A stretch of 64,000 nucleotides of DNA from NCBI GenBank assembly GCA_017551865.1, contig JAFZKB010000020.1, positions 86,818 to 150,817 of the forward strand, written 5' to 3'. The translations under genes were made by a program, and so were the position numbers. Source of the DNA: Clostridiales bacterium. GTDB lineage: Bacteria > Bacillota > Clostridia > Saccharofermentanales > Saccharofermentanaceae. The notes under the pieces were generated by a model. It saw nothing but the letters and a program-made list of their open reading frames with translations, searched no databases and had not been told where the DNA came from. This document shows positions 1 to 9,491 of the stretch, one piece after another (position 1 is the first letter of the stretch; each line of letters opens with the position of its first letter).

Positions 1-108
1 GGACTCTCTGTCGATCGCACTGACATTTCCCCAGGTAAAAGTCACAAGACCATATTTCGGAAGAAGCATATTTGCTTCAAATACCTGTTGTTTTAATTCT
101 TCTAACAT
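1..108 (-). CDS. araD: L-ribulose-5-phosphate 4-epimerase, first 36 codons only (gene runs off the left edge)
   Basis: I translated the minus strand from the ATG at 108 and got [36 protein letters not shown], a typical AraD/class II aldolase N-terminus. It is absent from the ORF track because it is truncated. It starts 11 nt after the kinase stop. Confidence 0.7.
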   Translation of the reverse strand, partial: MLEELKQQVFEANMLLPKYGLVTFTWGNVSAIDRES

Positions 109-119
109 ATCCTTCGTCC

Positions 120-1712
120 TCACTTCTGAATATCGACGGCTGCTTTTTCTACAGCAAGACCAGCCACATACTTTTTCATGAAGGCATTAAAGCCGTCCAT
201 ATCCGCCTGATCCGCAAGGAGTTCAGAACCTGTCGAACCAGAGAAGATAACATCTTCAAGATAAGCGGCAAGTGTCTGTCCTTCGTTCTTAGTGACCATG
301 TAGAGAGCAAGGAGCGCGATACCCCAGGCTCCGCCTTCACCTGCAGTCTCCATTACGCAGACAGGAGAACCGATCGCGGCGGAAGCGATGGTCTGACCGG
401 CCTTCGGTGTCTTAAAGAAACCGCCGTGACCATACATCTTCTTGACTGTGACTTTCTCTTCGACAGTCAGGATATCAAGACCTACCTTAAGTGCAGCAAG
501 TGCAGAATAAAGATGCATTCTCATGAAGTTACTGAGCGTAAATGCATCTTCCGCAGAGCGGAAAAACAGCGGACTTCCCTTGGAAAAACCTGTCACCGGC
601 TCACCGGAAAAATAGTTATAGGAAACAAGACCTCCACAGTCCTTATCACCGGAAAGCGCGATGCCATAGAGCTTTTCGAAAAGCTCTCCTCTGTCAAATT
701 CTTTTCCCATGAGTTTTCCGAACTCATCGAAAAGCTTGACCCAGGCATTGATCTCGGAAGTGCAGTTATTGCAGTGCACCATGGCGACCGGATCACCTGT
801 CGGTGTGGTGACCATATCGATCTCCTTATGAAGATTCTTCATATTCTCCTTAAGAACGATCATGGCAAATACAGAAGTGCCTGCAGAGATATTACCGGTC
901 TCTACGAGTACGGAATTGGTAGCGACCATACCGGTACCTGCATCACCTTCCGGCGGGCACATCGGAATACCGGAAGAAAGATCACCTTCGACATCAAGAA
1001 GTTTGGCACCGGCTTCCGTAAGTGTACCTGCGTCTTCGCCTGCAGAAAGCACCTGCGGCAGGATCTCTTTGATCGTCCACGGGAAGTTCTTTTCAGCAAT
1101 TAAAGAAGAGAATGTCTCAAGCATCTTCTCATCGTAAGATCCGGTCTTTGAATCGATCGGGAACATACCGGAAGCATCACCGACGCCGAGGACTTTCTTA
1201 CCGGAAAGCATAAAATGCACATAGCCGGCAAGTGTTGTGAAGTGGCGGATCGAAGGGACATGTTCTTCACCGTTTAAGATCGCCTGATAAAGATGGGAGA
1301 TGCTCCATCTCTGCGGGATGTTGAAGTTCAGCGCTTCCGTGAGTTTATCTGCAGCCTCTTCCGTAATGGTGTTTCTCCAGGTACGGAAAGGAACGAGAAG
1401 CTTATCGTTTTCGTCGAATGGGAGATAGCCATGCATCATGGCGGAAAAGCCGATGGCACCGAAGCTTTTGATCGTCACGCCATACTGCTCTTTTACGTTC
1501 TTTTTGAGATCTTGATAACAGTCAGCAAGACAGCCCCAGATCGCCTTTTCGGAATACGTCCAGATCCCATCGAGAAGTTCATTCTCCCACTCGTGACTTC
1601 CCTGCGCGATCGGATTGCCCTTCTCATCTACGAGAACAGCTTTGATACGAGTCGAACCGAACTCGATACCCAGTACACTTTTACCTTGTTCAATTACACT
1701 TTTCGGATCCAT
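120..1712 (-). CDS. FGGY-family carbohydrate kinase, probable L-ribulokinase
   Basis: ORF 120..1802 has the FGGY N-terminal motif [18 protein letters not shown] moved the start to the ATG at 1712 (MDPKS), which has a GGTGAGG upstream and removes the overlap with the upstream gene. The ribulokinase role is inferred from its position between GH51 abfA and araD. Confidence 0.75.
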   Translation of the reverse strand: MDPKSVIEQGKSVLGIEFGSTRIKAVLVDEKGNPIAQGSHEWENELLDGIWTYSEKAIWGCLADCYQDLKKNVKEQYGVTIKSFGAIGFSAMMHGYLPFDENDKLLVPFRTWRNTITEEAADKLTEALNFNIPQRWSISHLYQAILNGEEHVPSIRHFTTLAGYVHFMLSGKKVLGVGDASGMFPIDSKTGSYDEKMLETFSSLIAEKNFPWTIKEILPQVLSAGEDAGTLTEAGAKLLDVEGDLSSGIPMCPPEGDAGTGMVATNSVLVETGNISAGTSVFAMIVLKENMKNLHKEIDMVTTPTGDPVAMVHCNNCTSEINAWVKLFDEFGKLMGKEFDRGELFEKLYGIALSGDKDCGGLVSYNYFSGEPVTGFSKGSPLFFRSAEDAFTLSNFMRMHLYSALAALKVGLDILTVEEKVTVKKMYGHGGFFKTPKAGQTIASAAIGSPVCVMETAGEGGAWGIALLALYMVTKNEGQTLAAYLEDVIFSGSTGSELLADQADMDGFNAFMKKYVAGLAVEKAAVDIQK

Positions 1713-1719
1713 AAGTACC

Positions 1720-1971
1720 TCACCACTTTTTCTCCGGGCATCTGCCCTTTTTGATAGCAGCACGTATCTCAACATAGCATCCGCATGAAAGACACGTTCC
1801 ACTTAATAAGTTATCACAAAGACGGCAAATAGATAACCGCTCCTCGTAAACTTTTTCATCCGCGCGGTCACTTTTCGGAAGATCTTCGATCCACTTTTTT
1901 ACCATATCCATTTTCGATGCATCATTCATCTCTGAAAGAAGGCATCTGCGGCATGGTTTCTGCGCACTCAT
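1720..1971 (-). CDS. Small Cys-rich protein (83 aa), DUF6171-like from memory
   Basis: The sequence has CRRC...CRLC...C..C.C...RCP cysteine spacing. Its ATG overlaps the abfA stop (ATGA), and its stop lies 5 nt before the kinase ATG. Confidence 0.6.
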   Translation of the reverse strand: MSAQKPCRRCLLSEMNDASKMDMVKKWIEDLPKSDRADEKVYEERLSICRLCDNLLSGTCLSCGCYVEIRAAIKKGRCPEKKW

Positions 1972-3482
1972 TTCAGTTCGACCTCAAGATGCAGAATACT
2001 GTTTTTCGGGATCGTGAAAATGATTTTATCCTCGTTTTCGACAGACGCTTCAAACGGCTTTATCTTCACGTTATCCGGATCATCAAATGTATTCTTATCG
2101 TCCATTTTTCCGGTCAGGATCTCACCCTTTACCGAACTGATCGCATTTCCGAGAAGATCTGCTTTGATCTCATAGTCTTCTTCCACCGAAAGATTGGAAA
2201 GCGTGATATGGAACTTGCCGTCTTTTCCCTTGGAAACGGACTCGTGAAGATTCGGCACATGATACTGATCTTCCAGGCCGATCGTCTTGGTATCGACAAA
2301 GCTTTCGATCAGCGTCGCATCCTGATGGTGCTTATACATATCGAATACGAAGTATGTTGGTGTTTTGACCATCTTCTCGCCTTCGGTAAGGATGACGGAC
2401 TGAAGCACGTTACAAAGCTGCGCGATATTTGCCATTTTCACACGGTCACAGTGCTTATTGAAAATATTGAGGTTGATCGAGGCCACCAGTGCATCACGGA
2501 TCGTATTCTGCTGATAAAGAAATCCCGGATTCGTGCCTTCTTCCACATCGTACCAGGTGCCCCATTCGTCAACGATCAGACCGATATTGTGATCGGGATC
2601 GTATCTGTCGATAATGGCCGAATGCTTCGTGACCAGTTCTTCCATGAAGAGCGTCTTCGAAAGCGTCATATACCACTCTTTTTCATTAAAGACGGACGCA
2701 GCGCCCTTCTTCGCCCAGTCGTAAGGAAGCGTATAATAATGCAGTGAGATCCCGTCCATGAAACCATGTGCATTGTTCCAGGAGCCGGAAAGCTTATGGC
2801 ACTGGTTAAGAACCGTCTCTGTCCATTCATAGTCCTGGGCATTCGGACCGCATGCAATCTTATTGATCTTCTTATTCGGATCATACTGTTTTACATAGGA
2901 CTGATACTGACGGAAAAGATTCGCATAGAATTCCGGCACCATGTTGCCGCCACATCCCCAGTTCTCGTTTCCGATACCAAAATAATCGACTGTCCAGGGT
3001 TCTTCATGACCATTCACTTTACGAAGCTCTGCCATGGGAGATACGCCGTTAAAGGTCATGTACTCGACCCACTCACTCATCTCCTGTACCGTTCCGGAAC
3101 CAACATTTCCGTTGATATATGTCTTACATCCGATCTGACGGCACAGCTCCATATATTCGTGCGTACCGAAGCTGTTGTCTTCGACGACTCCGCCCCAGTT
3201 GGTGTTGATCATCTTCTTTCGGCTTTTCTTATCTCCGATACCGTCTTTCCAGTGATATTCATCCGCGAAGCATCCTCCCGGCCAGCGAAGGACAGGAACT
3301 TTGATCTGTTTTAATGCGTCCACCACGTCATTTCTCATGCCGTTCGTGTTCGGAATATCGGAGTTTTCTCCTACGAAGACACCGCCATAGATACATCTTC
3401 CAAGGTGCTCGGAAAAGTGTCCCTGGATCTCCGGAGCGATGTGTCCCAGTTCTTTTTGAGGATCGATAACAAGCTTAAACAT
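1968..3482 (-). CDS. abfA: Alpha-L-arabinofuranosidase, GH51
   Basis: [34 protein letters not shown]...[20 protein letters not shown] is a typical GH51 N-terminus. The start is the ATG at 3482, with AAGGAG 6 nt upstream. Confidence 0.85.
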   Translation of the reverse strand: MFKLVIDPQKELGHIAPEIQGHFSEHLGRCIYGGVFVGENSDIPNTNGMRNDVVDALKQIKVPVLRWPGGCFADEYHWKDGIGDKKSRKKMINTNWGGVVEDNSFGTHEYMELCRQIGCKTYINGNVGSGTVQEMSEWVEYMTFNGVSPMAELRKVNGHEEPWTVDYFGIGNENWGCGGNMVPEFYANLFRQYQSYVKQYDPNKKINKIACGPNAQDYEWTETVLNQCHKLSGSWNNAHGFMDGISLHYYTLPYDWAKKGAASVFNEKEWYMTLSKTLFMEELVTKHSAIIDRYDPDHNIGLIVDEWGTWYDVEEGTNPGFLYQQNTIRDALVASINLNIFNKHCDRVKMANIAQLCNVLQSVILTEGEKMVKTPTYFVFDMYKHHQDATLIESFVDTKTIGLEDQYHVPNLHESVSKGKDGKFHITLSNLSVEEDYEIKADLLGNAISSVKGEILTGKMDDKNTFDDPDNVKIKPFEASVENEDKIIFTIPKNSILHLEVELK

Positions 3483-3684
3483 AGCGACTCCTTCTTCTTT
3501 TTCGGAAACATATTGCACGTTTGTTTCACAAAAGACTTAAATACCAAATGTTTTTCTGAATTAAAGTTACATGAGCTGATGCAAAAAATCAATACAGAAC
3601 ACAAAGAATATAAAGTTTTGAGGGGTCAGACCTAGACTTTCTCATGTTGTGCGAAATTTAGTAATTGCTTAAGATTAAATAGTG

Positions 3685-3726
3685 ATGAAATTTCTACGTT
3701 TCATTGCATTGTGAAATAATTATTTC
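3685..3726. promoter_or_regulatory. Two palindromes in the divergent abfA / ArsR-like intergenic region (candidate operators)
   Basis: ATGAAA-n8-TTTCAT lies at 3685..3704. A perfect 14-nt palindrome, GAAATAATTATTTC, lies at 3713..3726, just upstream of the regulator RBS. A further GAAAT copy is nearby. Confidence 0.3.
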
Positions 3727-3738
3727 GAGGAAAACCGC

Positions 3739-4710
3739 ATGCTTTGTATTCACTCCCTGCAGGAAGCGTCTGAAGTATTTAAAGCCTTAAGCGCTGATGC
3801 TAGGATCCAGATCATGGAATTGATCTACGAAAACAACAACCTCAGTATGAACGATCTGGCGAATATGGTCGGAGTGACCAACAGCGCCATTACTCTTCAT
3901 ATCAGCAAACTGGAAAGTGCAGGTCTCGTAACCATCAAGACGACTTCCGGCAAGCGTGGTATTTCCAAGATCATCCAGCCTGTGCATGATCGTATCATCA
4001 TCGATATGTTTGAAAACGCCAAGAACAATCCTCTTCCCTGTTATGAGGACAGCATCGGCGTCGGTCAATATACCACCTGTGACATTCATCCGACCTGCGG
4101 TATCTGCACTCCGAAAGAGATCATCGGCGAACTTGACGATCCCCGTGTCTTCTCTTATCCGGAAAGATTCAAGGCAGGCATCCTCTGGTTCGGTTATGGT
4201 TCGATCACCTATAATCTTCCGAACCGTCTGCATGCCGGTCAGAAGATCCGCGAGATCCAGATCTCCTTTGAGATCTCCTCTGAATGTCCTTCTTATAATA
4301 ATGATTATCCTAGTGATATCTATTTCTATATTAATGATACCCTTCTCGGCAGCTGGATAAGCCCGGGTGATTTCGGCGACAGAAAAGGCATGATCTCTCC
4401 TACCTGGTGGCCGACACCTCTCAATCAGTATGGTCTTTTAAAGACACTGGTGATCAACCACAAGGGTACTTTCATCGATGGTACGCATCAGATCGGTAAG
4501 ACGACCCTTAAAGATCTCAATATCGATTACAACTCGACCATCGATCTTACCTTCTCCGTTCCGAAGAATACAGCCAATTGTGGCGGTATGACGCTTTTCG
4601 GAGAAGATTTCGGCGACTACAGCCAGGATATTTCAATGAAGCTCTTCTATGTCAACCAGCTCACCAACGCCGGAGAAGATCTTCCCGTCAAGGAGGAACC
4701 AAATGCTTAA
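3739..4710 (+). CDS. ArsR-family winged-helix regulator with a ~230-aa C-terminal domain of unknown function
   Basis: The N-terminus FKALSADARIQIMELIYENNNLSMNDLANMVGVTNSAITLHISKLESAGLV is an ArsR/SmtB-type HTH. GAGGAA precedes the ATG. Confidence 0.7.
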   Translation: MLCIHSLQEASEVFKALSADARIQIMELIYENNNLSMNDLANMVGVTNSAITLHISKLESAGLVTIKTTSGKRGISKIIQPVHDRIIIDMFENAKNNPLPCYEDSIGVGQYTTCDIHPTCGICTPKEIIGELDDPRVFSYPERFKAGILWFGYGSITYNLPNRLHAGQKIREIQISFEISSECPSYNNDYPSDIYFYINDTLLGSWISPGDFGDRKGMISPTWWPTPLNQYGLLKTLVINHKGTFIDGTHQIGKTTLKDLNIDYNSTIDLTFSVPKNTANCGGMTLFGEDFGDYSQDISMKLFYVNQLTNAGEDLPVKEEPNA

Positions 4711-7681
4711 GCTTGTAAAAACTGAAAACGGCCTCGTTCGCGGCTTTCAGGGAAATAATACACGTATCTCCGTATTTAAGGGGATTCCTTTTGCTGCACC
4801 GCCGGTCGGTGAAAACCGCTGGAGAGCTCCGCAGCCCTGTGAGAATTGGGAAGGCATAAGAGAATGCGGCAAGTTCGCACCGATCTCTGTACAGGACCAG
4901 CCGGGCGTCGGTACGGACATCTACTGCCGTGAATGGCACGTCGATAAAGACATTGAAATGGATGAGGATTGCCTCTATCTGAACGTATGGACTCCGGCGC
5001 AGTCAGAAAACGATAAACTGCCGGTTCTCATCTGGTTCTTCGGCGGCGGATTCCAGTGGGGTTATCCCCGTGAGATGGAATTCAACGGTGAGCAGATCGC
5101 AAAGCGCGGTGTCATCGTCGTATCTGTCAACTACCGTCTGGGTGCACTGGGCTTCCTTTCTCACCCGGATCTCCTTAAAGAAGCGCCTGATGCTCCGTCC
5201 AACTTCGGTACCCTCGACCAGCAGGCCGGTATCAAGTGGGTCGTGAAGAATATCGCTAACTTCGGCGGTGACCCGAAGAACATCACCATCTCCGGTCAGT
5301 CTGCCGGGGGCGGCTCTGTGCTTACGCACCTGACATCCGAATCCAGTATCGGTCTTTATCAGAAAGCCATCATCTATTCAGGCATCATTGAAAGCCCTTT
5401 CATCAAGGACAATGTCATCTCTCCAAAGCCAATCGAAGAGACCATGAAGATGGGCGAGAAATTCCTCTCCTGCCTCGGTGTATCCACGATCGAGGAAGCA
5501 AGAAAGATCGACGCGCTTACAATCCGTTCCGTCTATGCGAAGTTCCGTGAAGATAATTTCTTCTTCTTTACGCCCTGCATCGATCACGTTTTCCTTAAGG
5601 ACGAGCCATTTAAACTCATGCTTGAAGGAAAACAGGCAAATGTCCCGCTGATTGCAGGTAACACGTTTGACGAATTCATGAGCTATATCTATGCAGATAA
5701 CGAAGCAAGCTTTGAGGAGCAGGCTAGAAACACCTTCGGACCTCGTGCCGATCAGTTCCTTTCCTTCCCTGAGGCTCACGTTGTCGAAGATGGAAATAAG
5801 TATGGTGCACTTCGCAGTATCGAATGCTCGGTTAAATCCGTTATGGATAAGACGAAAGCACCCTGCTTCTACTATAGTTTTGAAGTAGATATTCCAGGAG
5901 AAGACGATCCGGGAACGTTCCATTCTGTGGATCTTTGGTTCTTCTTTGAGACTCTTGCGGCCTGCTGGCGTCCATTTGTCGGAAGACACTTCGACATCGC
6001 AAGACAGATGACCAACTATATCACGAACTTCGTGAAAAACGGAAATCCGAATGGTCACGATATCACCGGGGAACAGATGCCGAACTGGCTGGCCTATACG
6101 AACAGCAGTCAGAATGAGATGCACTTCACCAAAGACGGCTGTATCCCGAAAGTTCAGGATTCCGCATATTACCAGTTCTTTATTGACTGGCTCACAGACA
6201 GAACACTCGGAAATGTCGAGAGTTCTTCCCGTCCGTCGGCAAGCATTGCCGCTTTGGCTGCACCGATGAAGAAACAGGCCTTCAATCCGTATCTTCCTTC
6301 CTGGGAGTATATTCCGGACGGAGAACCTTATGTCTTCGGAGACCGCCTCTATATCTACGGTTCCCACGACTACTTTAACGGTTCCTTCTTCTGTCCAGGT
6401 GATTATGTATCCTGGTCCGCTCCGGTCAATGACCTCGGCAACTGGAAATACGAAGGCGTTTCCTTCAGAAGAACGGACGATCCGGATAACTTTGAAAACA
6501 AGGGCTGTCTTTATGCTCCGGATATCACCGTGGGCCCGGATGGACTTTACTACCTCTTCTATGTTCTCGACAACCAGAGCGTAGTAGCCGTCGCCAAGAG
6601 CGATAAGCCGCAGGGTCCGTTCAAGTACTACGGACACGTTCATTACGAAGATGGAACGCTCCTTGGAAGCAAGGATACCGACGAACCGCAGTTTGACCCG
6701 GGTGTCATCACGATCGGCGATACCACCTATCTTTATACCGGATTCTGCGGACAGACAGATGCTTCCCGTCACGGTGCGATGGTCACAGTGATCGGACCGG
6801 ATATGCTCACGATCAAAAAGGGACCGGAGTTCATCGTTCCGGGCACCATGTATTCCAAGGGTACGGAATTCGAAGGACATGCTTTCTTTGAAGCGCCTTC
6901 CATCCGCGAAAGAAACGGCATCTTCTATTTCGTATATTCTTCTCAGGTCATGCACGAGCTTTGCTATGCGACGAGCACTTCTCCGGAAGGTCCTTTCTCC
7001 TACGGCGGAGTCATCGTCAGCAACTGCGATCTGGGCATTGATTCCTATAAGAAAGCAGATAAGCCGACATGCTATGGCGCGAACAACCACGGCAGTATCG
7101 TCGAGATCAACGGTGAATGGTATATCTTCTATCACAGACATACCAACAACACCTGGTATTCCCGTCAGGGCTGTGCCGAGAAGATCGAATTTACTGAAGA
7201 CGGCAAGATCAAGCAGGTAGAGATCACTTCCTGCGGCTTAAACGGCGGTCCTCTTTCCGACCAGCCGGAATATCCTTCCTATATCGCCTGCAATATCTTC
7301 TCCATGAACGAAGATCAGGAACCGTATGTCGGCCAGCATAACGTGGCCCGCATCATTCAGGAAGGCAGAGACGGCGATCACGAGACGGGTTATGTCACCC
7401 AGATCCGTGACGGCGCGACCATTGGATTTAAATACTTCAACCTTAAGGACGTAACCGGCATTACGCTGTTCGTCAGAGGTTATGGTAACGGTACATTTGA
7501 AGTCAGAACTGATCTCGACGGAGAGGTCCTTTGCGAGATCCCGGTCCGTTTCATGACGGTATGGGAAAAGTACGAAGGACAGTTCAAGACAGCGCTCACG
7601 AAAGAGAAAGCATCGTTGTATCTTACCTATCGCGGAGGTGGAGACGTCCAGCTCAAATCATTCAAGTATGTACACAGATAG
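4703..7681 (+). CDS. Fusion protein: type-B carboxylesterase (N) plus GH43 glycoside hydrolase (C)
   Basis: The N-terminal half has ISVFKGIPFAAPPVGENRWRAP, the EDCLYLNVW oxyanion region and the GQSAGG nucleophile elbow. The C-terminal half has IPDGEPYVFGDRLYIYGSHD, LYAPDI and FFEAPSI, which are GH43-type catalytic-region motifs. The start is the ATG at 4703 after AGGAGG. No signal peptide is visible. Confidence 0.8.
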   Translation: MLKLVKTENGLVRGFQGNNTRISVFKGIPFAAPPVGENRWRAPQPCENWEGIRECGKFAPISVQDQPGVGTDIYCREWHVDKDIEMDEDCLYLNVWTPAQSENDKLPVLIWFFGGGFQWGYPREMEFNGEQIAKRGVIVVSVNYRLGALGFLSHPDLLKEAPDAPSNFGTLDQQAGIKWVVKNIANFGGDPKNITISGQSAGGGSVLTHLTSESSIGLYQKAIIYSGIIESPFIKDNVISPKPIEETMKMGEKFLSCLGVSTIEEARKIDALTIRSVYAKFREDNFFFFTPCIDHVFLKDEPFKLMLEGKQANVPLIAGNTFDEFMSYIYADNEASFEEQARNTFGPRADQFLSFPEAHVVEDGNKYGALRSIECSVKSVMDKTKAPCFYYSFEVDIPGEDDPGTFHSVDLWFFFETLAACWRPFVGRHFDIARQMTNYITNFVKNGNPNGHDITGEQMPNWLAYTNSSQNEMHFTKDGCIPKVQDSAYYQFFIDWLTDRTLGNVESSSRPSASIAALAAPMKKQAFNPYLPSWEYIPDGEPYVFGDRLYIYGSHDYFNGSFFCPGDYVSWSAPVNDLGNWKYEGVSFRRTDDPDNFENKGCLYAPDITVGPDGLYYLFYVLDNQSVVAVAKSDKPQGPFKYYGHVHYEDGTLLGSKDTDEPQFDPGVITIGDTTYLYTGFCGQTDASRHGAMVTVIGPDMLTIKKGPEFIVPGTMYSKGTEFEGHAFFEAPSIRERNGIFYFVYSSQVMHELCYATSTSPEGPFSYGGVIVSNCDLGIDSYKKADKPTCYGANNHGSIVEINGEWYIFYHRHTNNTWYSRQGCAEKIEFTEDGKIKQVEITSCGLNGGPLSDQPEYPSYIACNIFSMNEDQEPYVGQHNVARIIQEGRDGDHETGYVTQIRDGATIGFKYFNLKDVTGITLFVRGYGNGTFEVRTDLDGEVLCEIPVRFMTVWEKYEGQFKTALTKEKASLYLTYRGGGDVQLKSFKYVHR

Positions 7682-7726
7682 CCACCGTTATTTGTTTGCA
7701 TTTTTTTCTACCTCATCCTCATTGGA

Positions 7727-7760
7727 AAAGGAGCTGCCATAATTCTATGGCAGCTCCTTT
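7727..7760. terminator. Shared hairpin terminator between convergent genes
   Basis: There is a perfect 14-bp stem, AAAGGAGCTGCCAT / ATGGCAGCTCCTTT, with a 6-nt loop. The flanks are only partly T-rich. Confidence 0.55.
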
Positions 7761-7793
7761 ACTTTCTTGATTATTGAGGTTTTAAAGCTAGAA

Positions 7794-8012
7794 TCAGAAC
7801 AGACCCTTGATCTTATCTACGATTCCGCCTGCCTTATCTGCAGAAAGCTTCGCCTTAACGCCGTCTACAACGTTGTTGATCACATCATCCGGAAGATCGA
7901 CACCGATGATGCCTTCAACCGTCTTGACCGGTTCTTTTTCAAAATTCTTAGCGATAGACGGATCGCCCTGAACTTTCTTTACAACTTCATCAATTTTTGC
8001 CTTAATATCCAT
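7794..8012 (-). CDS. Small hypothetical protein (72 aa), Lys/Asp/Val-rich, no TM segment
   Basis: MDIKAKIDEVVKKVQGDPSIAKNFEKEPVKTVEGIIGVDLP... The ATG at 8012 is preceded by GGAGGTG with 6-nt spacing. I do not recognise the family. Confidence 0.5.
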   Translation of the reverse strand: MDIKAKIDEVVKKVQGDPSIAKNFEKEPVKTVEGIIGVDLPDDVINNVVDGVKAKLSADKAGGIVDKIKGLF

Positions 8013-8114
8013 GTTTTTCACCTCCATGATGTATTGGTTTAATTGTATCACATTTTCTTAAACACACCTAAAAAAGCATGCTGATCTTTTCTTTCAAAAT
8101 CTTTGGAAATGACC

Positions 8115-8143
8115 TTGCATTTTCCGAATTCTTTTAGTATTAT
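8115..8143 (+). promoter_or_regulatory. Sigma-A-type promoter for tRNA-Leu
   Basis: TTGCAT (8115-8120), a 17-nt spacer, then TATTAT (8138-8143). The mature tRNA 5' end lies 13 nt downstream. Confidence 0.45.
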
Positions 8144-8155
8144 AGATAAGCATTT

Positions 8156-8242
8156 GCGGATATGGCGGAATTGGCAGACGCGCTAGCTTCAGGTGCTAGT
8201 GATCGCAAGGTCGTACAGGTTCAAGTCCTGCTATCCGCACCA
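8156..8242 (+). tRNA. tRNA-Leu (anticodon CAG), type II with long variable arm, CCA encoded
   Basis: The acceptor stem is GCGGATA/TATCCGC. The anticodon arm is CTAGC-TTCAGGT-GCTAG, and the T-loop is TTCAAGT. The T-stem has one A-C mismatch. Confidence 0.85.
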
Positions 8243-8274
8243 GATCGGAAGTCGAAAGGCTTCCGATCTTTTTT
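8243..8274 (+). terminator. Rho-independent terminator after tRNA-Leu
   Basis: A 9-bp stem, GATCGGAAG / CTTCCGATC, is followed by TTTTTT. Confidence 0.6.
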
Positions 8275-8285
8275 ATTTCCTGCAT

Positions 8286-8320
8286 AGAAAAACGGAGCCA
8301 GCACTTTACGTGCGGCTCCG
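8286..8320 (-). terminator. Rho-independent terminator after ddh
   Basis: Read on the minus strand, the hairpin CGGAGCCGCAC...GTGCTGGCTCCG is followed by TTTTTCT. Confidence 0.55.
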
Positions 8321-8345
8321 CAGCTTTTTCTAAACGCCTTTAAAC

Positions 8346-9332
8346 TTATACCAGTTCTTTTCTCAGCTGTTCACCGGAAAGCGGGCTTAAGTAAGCAGGA
8401 GCAATATCAAGAACTGTCTTACAGCCGGTCACGCCTTCCTTCGAAAGTCTGTAGATCGCACGTGCATATGCAGTCAGAACGCCTGCTGTGAATTCCGGAT
8501 TGGAATCGAGCTTTAAGCTGTACTCAATAACGTGCTTGTTTTCCTTATTGAAGCCGGAAACACCGGAACGGAAGCAGAAACCGCCGTGCGGGATACCGCT
8601 GTGGTTCTTCTGGAGTTCTTCTTCTGTAATGAAGTGTACGGTTGTATCGTAATCGGAGAAGTAGTTCGGCATGGTCTTGATATCGTTTTCGATCTGCTTA
8701 AGATCAGCGCCTTCTTCCGGTACTACGAAGCACTCACGTGTGTGCTTCTGACGTGTGGTCAGTTCAGGCTGGGAACCGGAACGGACAGCCTCGAGAGCAC
8801 TCTCTACCGGAATGGTGTACTGCTTGCCGTTCTTAACGCCCTTCACGCGGCGGATCGCATCGGAGTGGCCCTGGCTTACGCCCTTGCCCCAGAAAGTATA
8901 GCTCTCACCTTCCGGCAGGATAGACTGAGAATAGATTCTGGCCAGAGAGAACATACCCGGATCCCAACCTACAGAGATCACACCAACAGTGCCGGCAGCC
9001 TTGGCAGCTGCATCGACCTCAGCAAAGTGTGTCGGGATGTTCGCATGTGTATCAAAGCTGTCGACCACATTGAACATGGAAGCGAGTTTCGGTGTCTGCT
9101 CCGGAAGATCTGTTGCGGAACCGCCGCAGAGGATCATGACATCGATGCTGTCCTTCATGGAAGCAACATCATTAACGGACATGACCTTCGCAGATTCCGT
9201 CTGGATCTTTAATGTGGAAGGATCACGACGTGTGAAAACAGCGACAAGTTCGAGATCCGGATTCTGACGGATGCTGGACTCCACGCCTCTACCTAAATTA
9301 CCATAACCATAAATACCAATTCGAATCGCCAT
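8346..9332 (-). CDS. ddh: meso-Diaminopimelate D-dehydrogenase
   Basis: IRIGIYGYGNLGRGVE, CGGSATDLPEQ, VGWDPGMFS and WGKGVSQGHSDAIRRV match the Ddh family pattern (Corynebacterium-type). Confidence 0.9.
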   Translation of the reverse strand: MAIRIGIYGYGNLGRGVESSIRQNPDLELVAVFTRRDPSTLKIQTESAKVMSVNDVASMKDSIDVMILCGGSATDLPEQTPKLASMFNVVDSFDTHANIPTHFAEVDAAAKAAGTVGVISVGWDPGMFSLARIYSQSILPEGESYTFWGKGVSQGHSDAIRRVKGVKNGKQYTIPVESALEAVRSGSQPELTTRQKHTRECFVVPEEGADLKQIENDIKTMPNYFSDYDTTVHFITEEELQKNHSGIPHGGFCFRSGVSGFNKENKHVIEYSLKLDSNPEFTAGVLTAYARAIYRLSKEGVTGCKTVLDIAPAYLSPLSGEQLRKELV

Positions 9333-9381
9333 TTTGCAACTTTCTCCTTTTAGTATTTCATATTCTCATATAACAAAGTGA

Positions 9382-9410
9382 AGTATAGCACTACTATTCA
9401 CCTAGCACAA
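9382..9410 (-). promoter_or_regulatory. Candidate ddh promoter
   Basis: On the minus strand: TTGTGC, a 17-nt spacer, then TATACT with a TG at the extended -10 position. Confidence 0.4.
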
Positions 9411-9476
9411 CGCTGATATGAATTTTTTTCTGAACGAAATTGCATTTCATATCACGCATTCGGCATCTCCACCTTT

Positions 9477-9485
9477 TGATATAAT
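9477..9485 (+). promoter_or_regulatory. Extended -10 element (TGaTATAAT) directly upstream of the helicase ATG
   Basis: TGATATAAT ends 6 nt before the ATG at 9492. No Shine-Dalgarno sequence lies between them. Confidence 0.35.
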
Positions 9486-9491
9486 GATTCT

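Noticed and set aside
5378-7141. 587-aa minus-strand ORF antisense to the esterase-GH43 gene. Similar long antisense ORFs occur at 72..1103, 17326..18330, 32112..32882, 38046..39365, 45279..46001 and 47336..48109.
   Set aside because: Each lies entirely opposite a gene with a clear family identity. The translations are low-complexity and Arg/Ile/Phe/Asp-skewed with no motifs and no SD sites. These are typical shadow ORFs of codon-biased genes.
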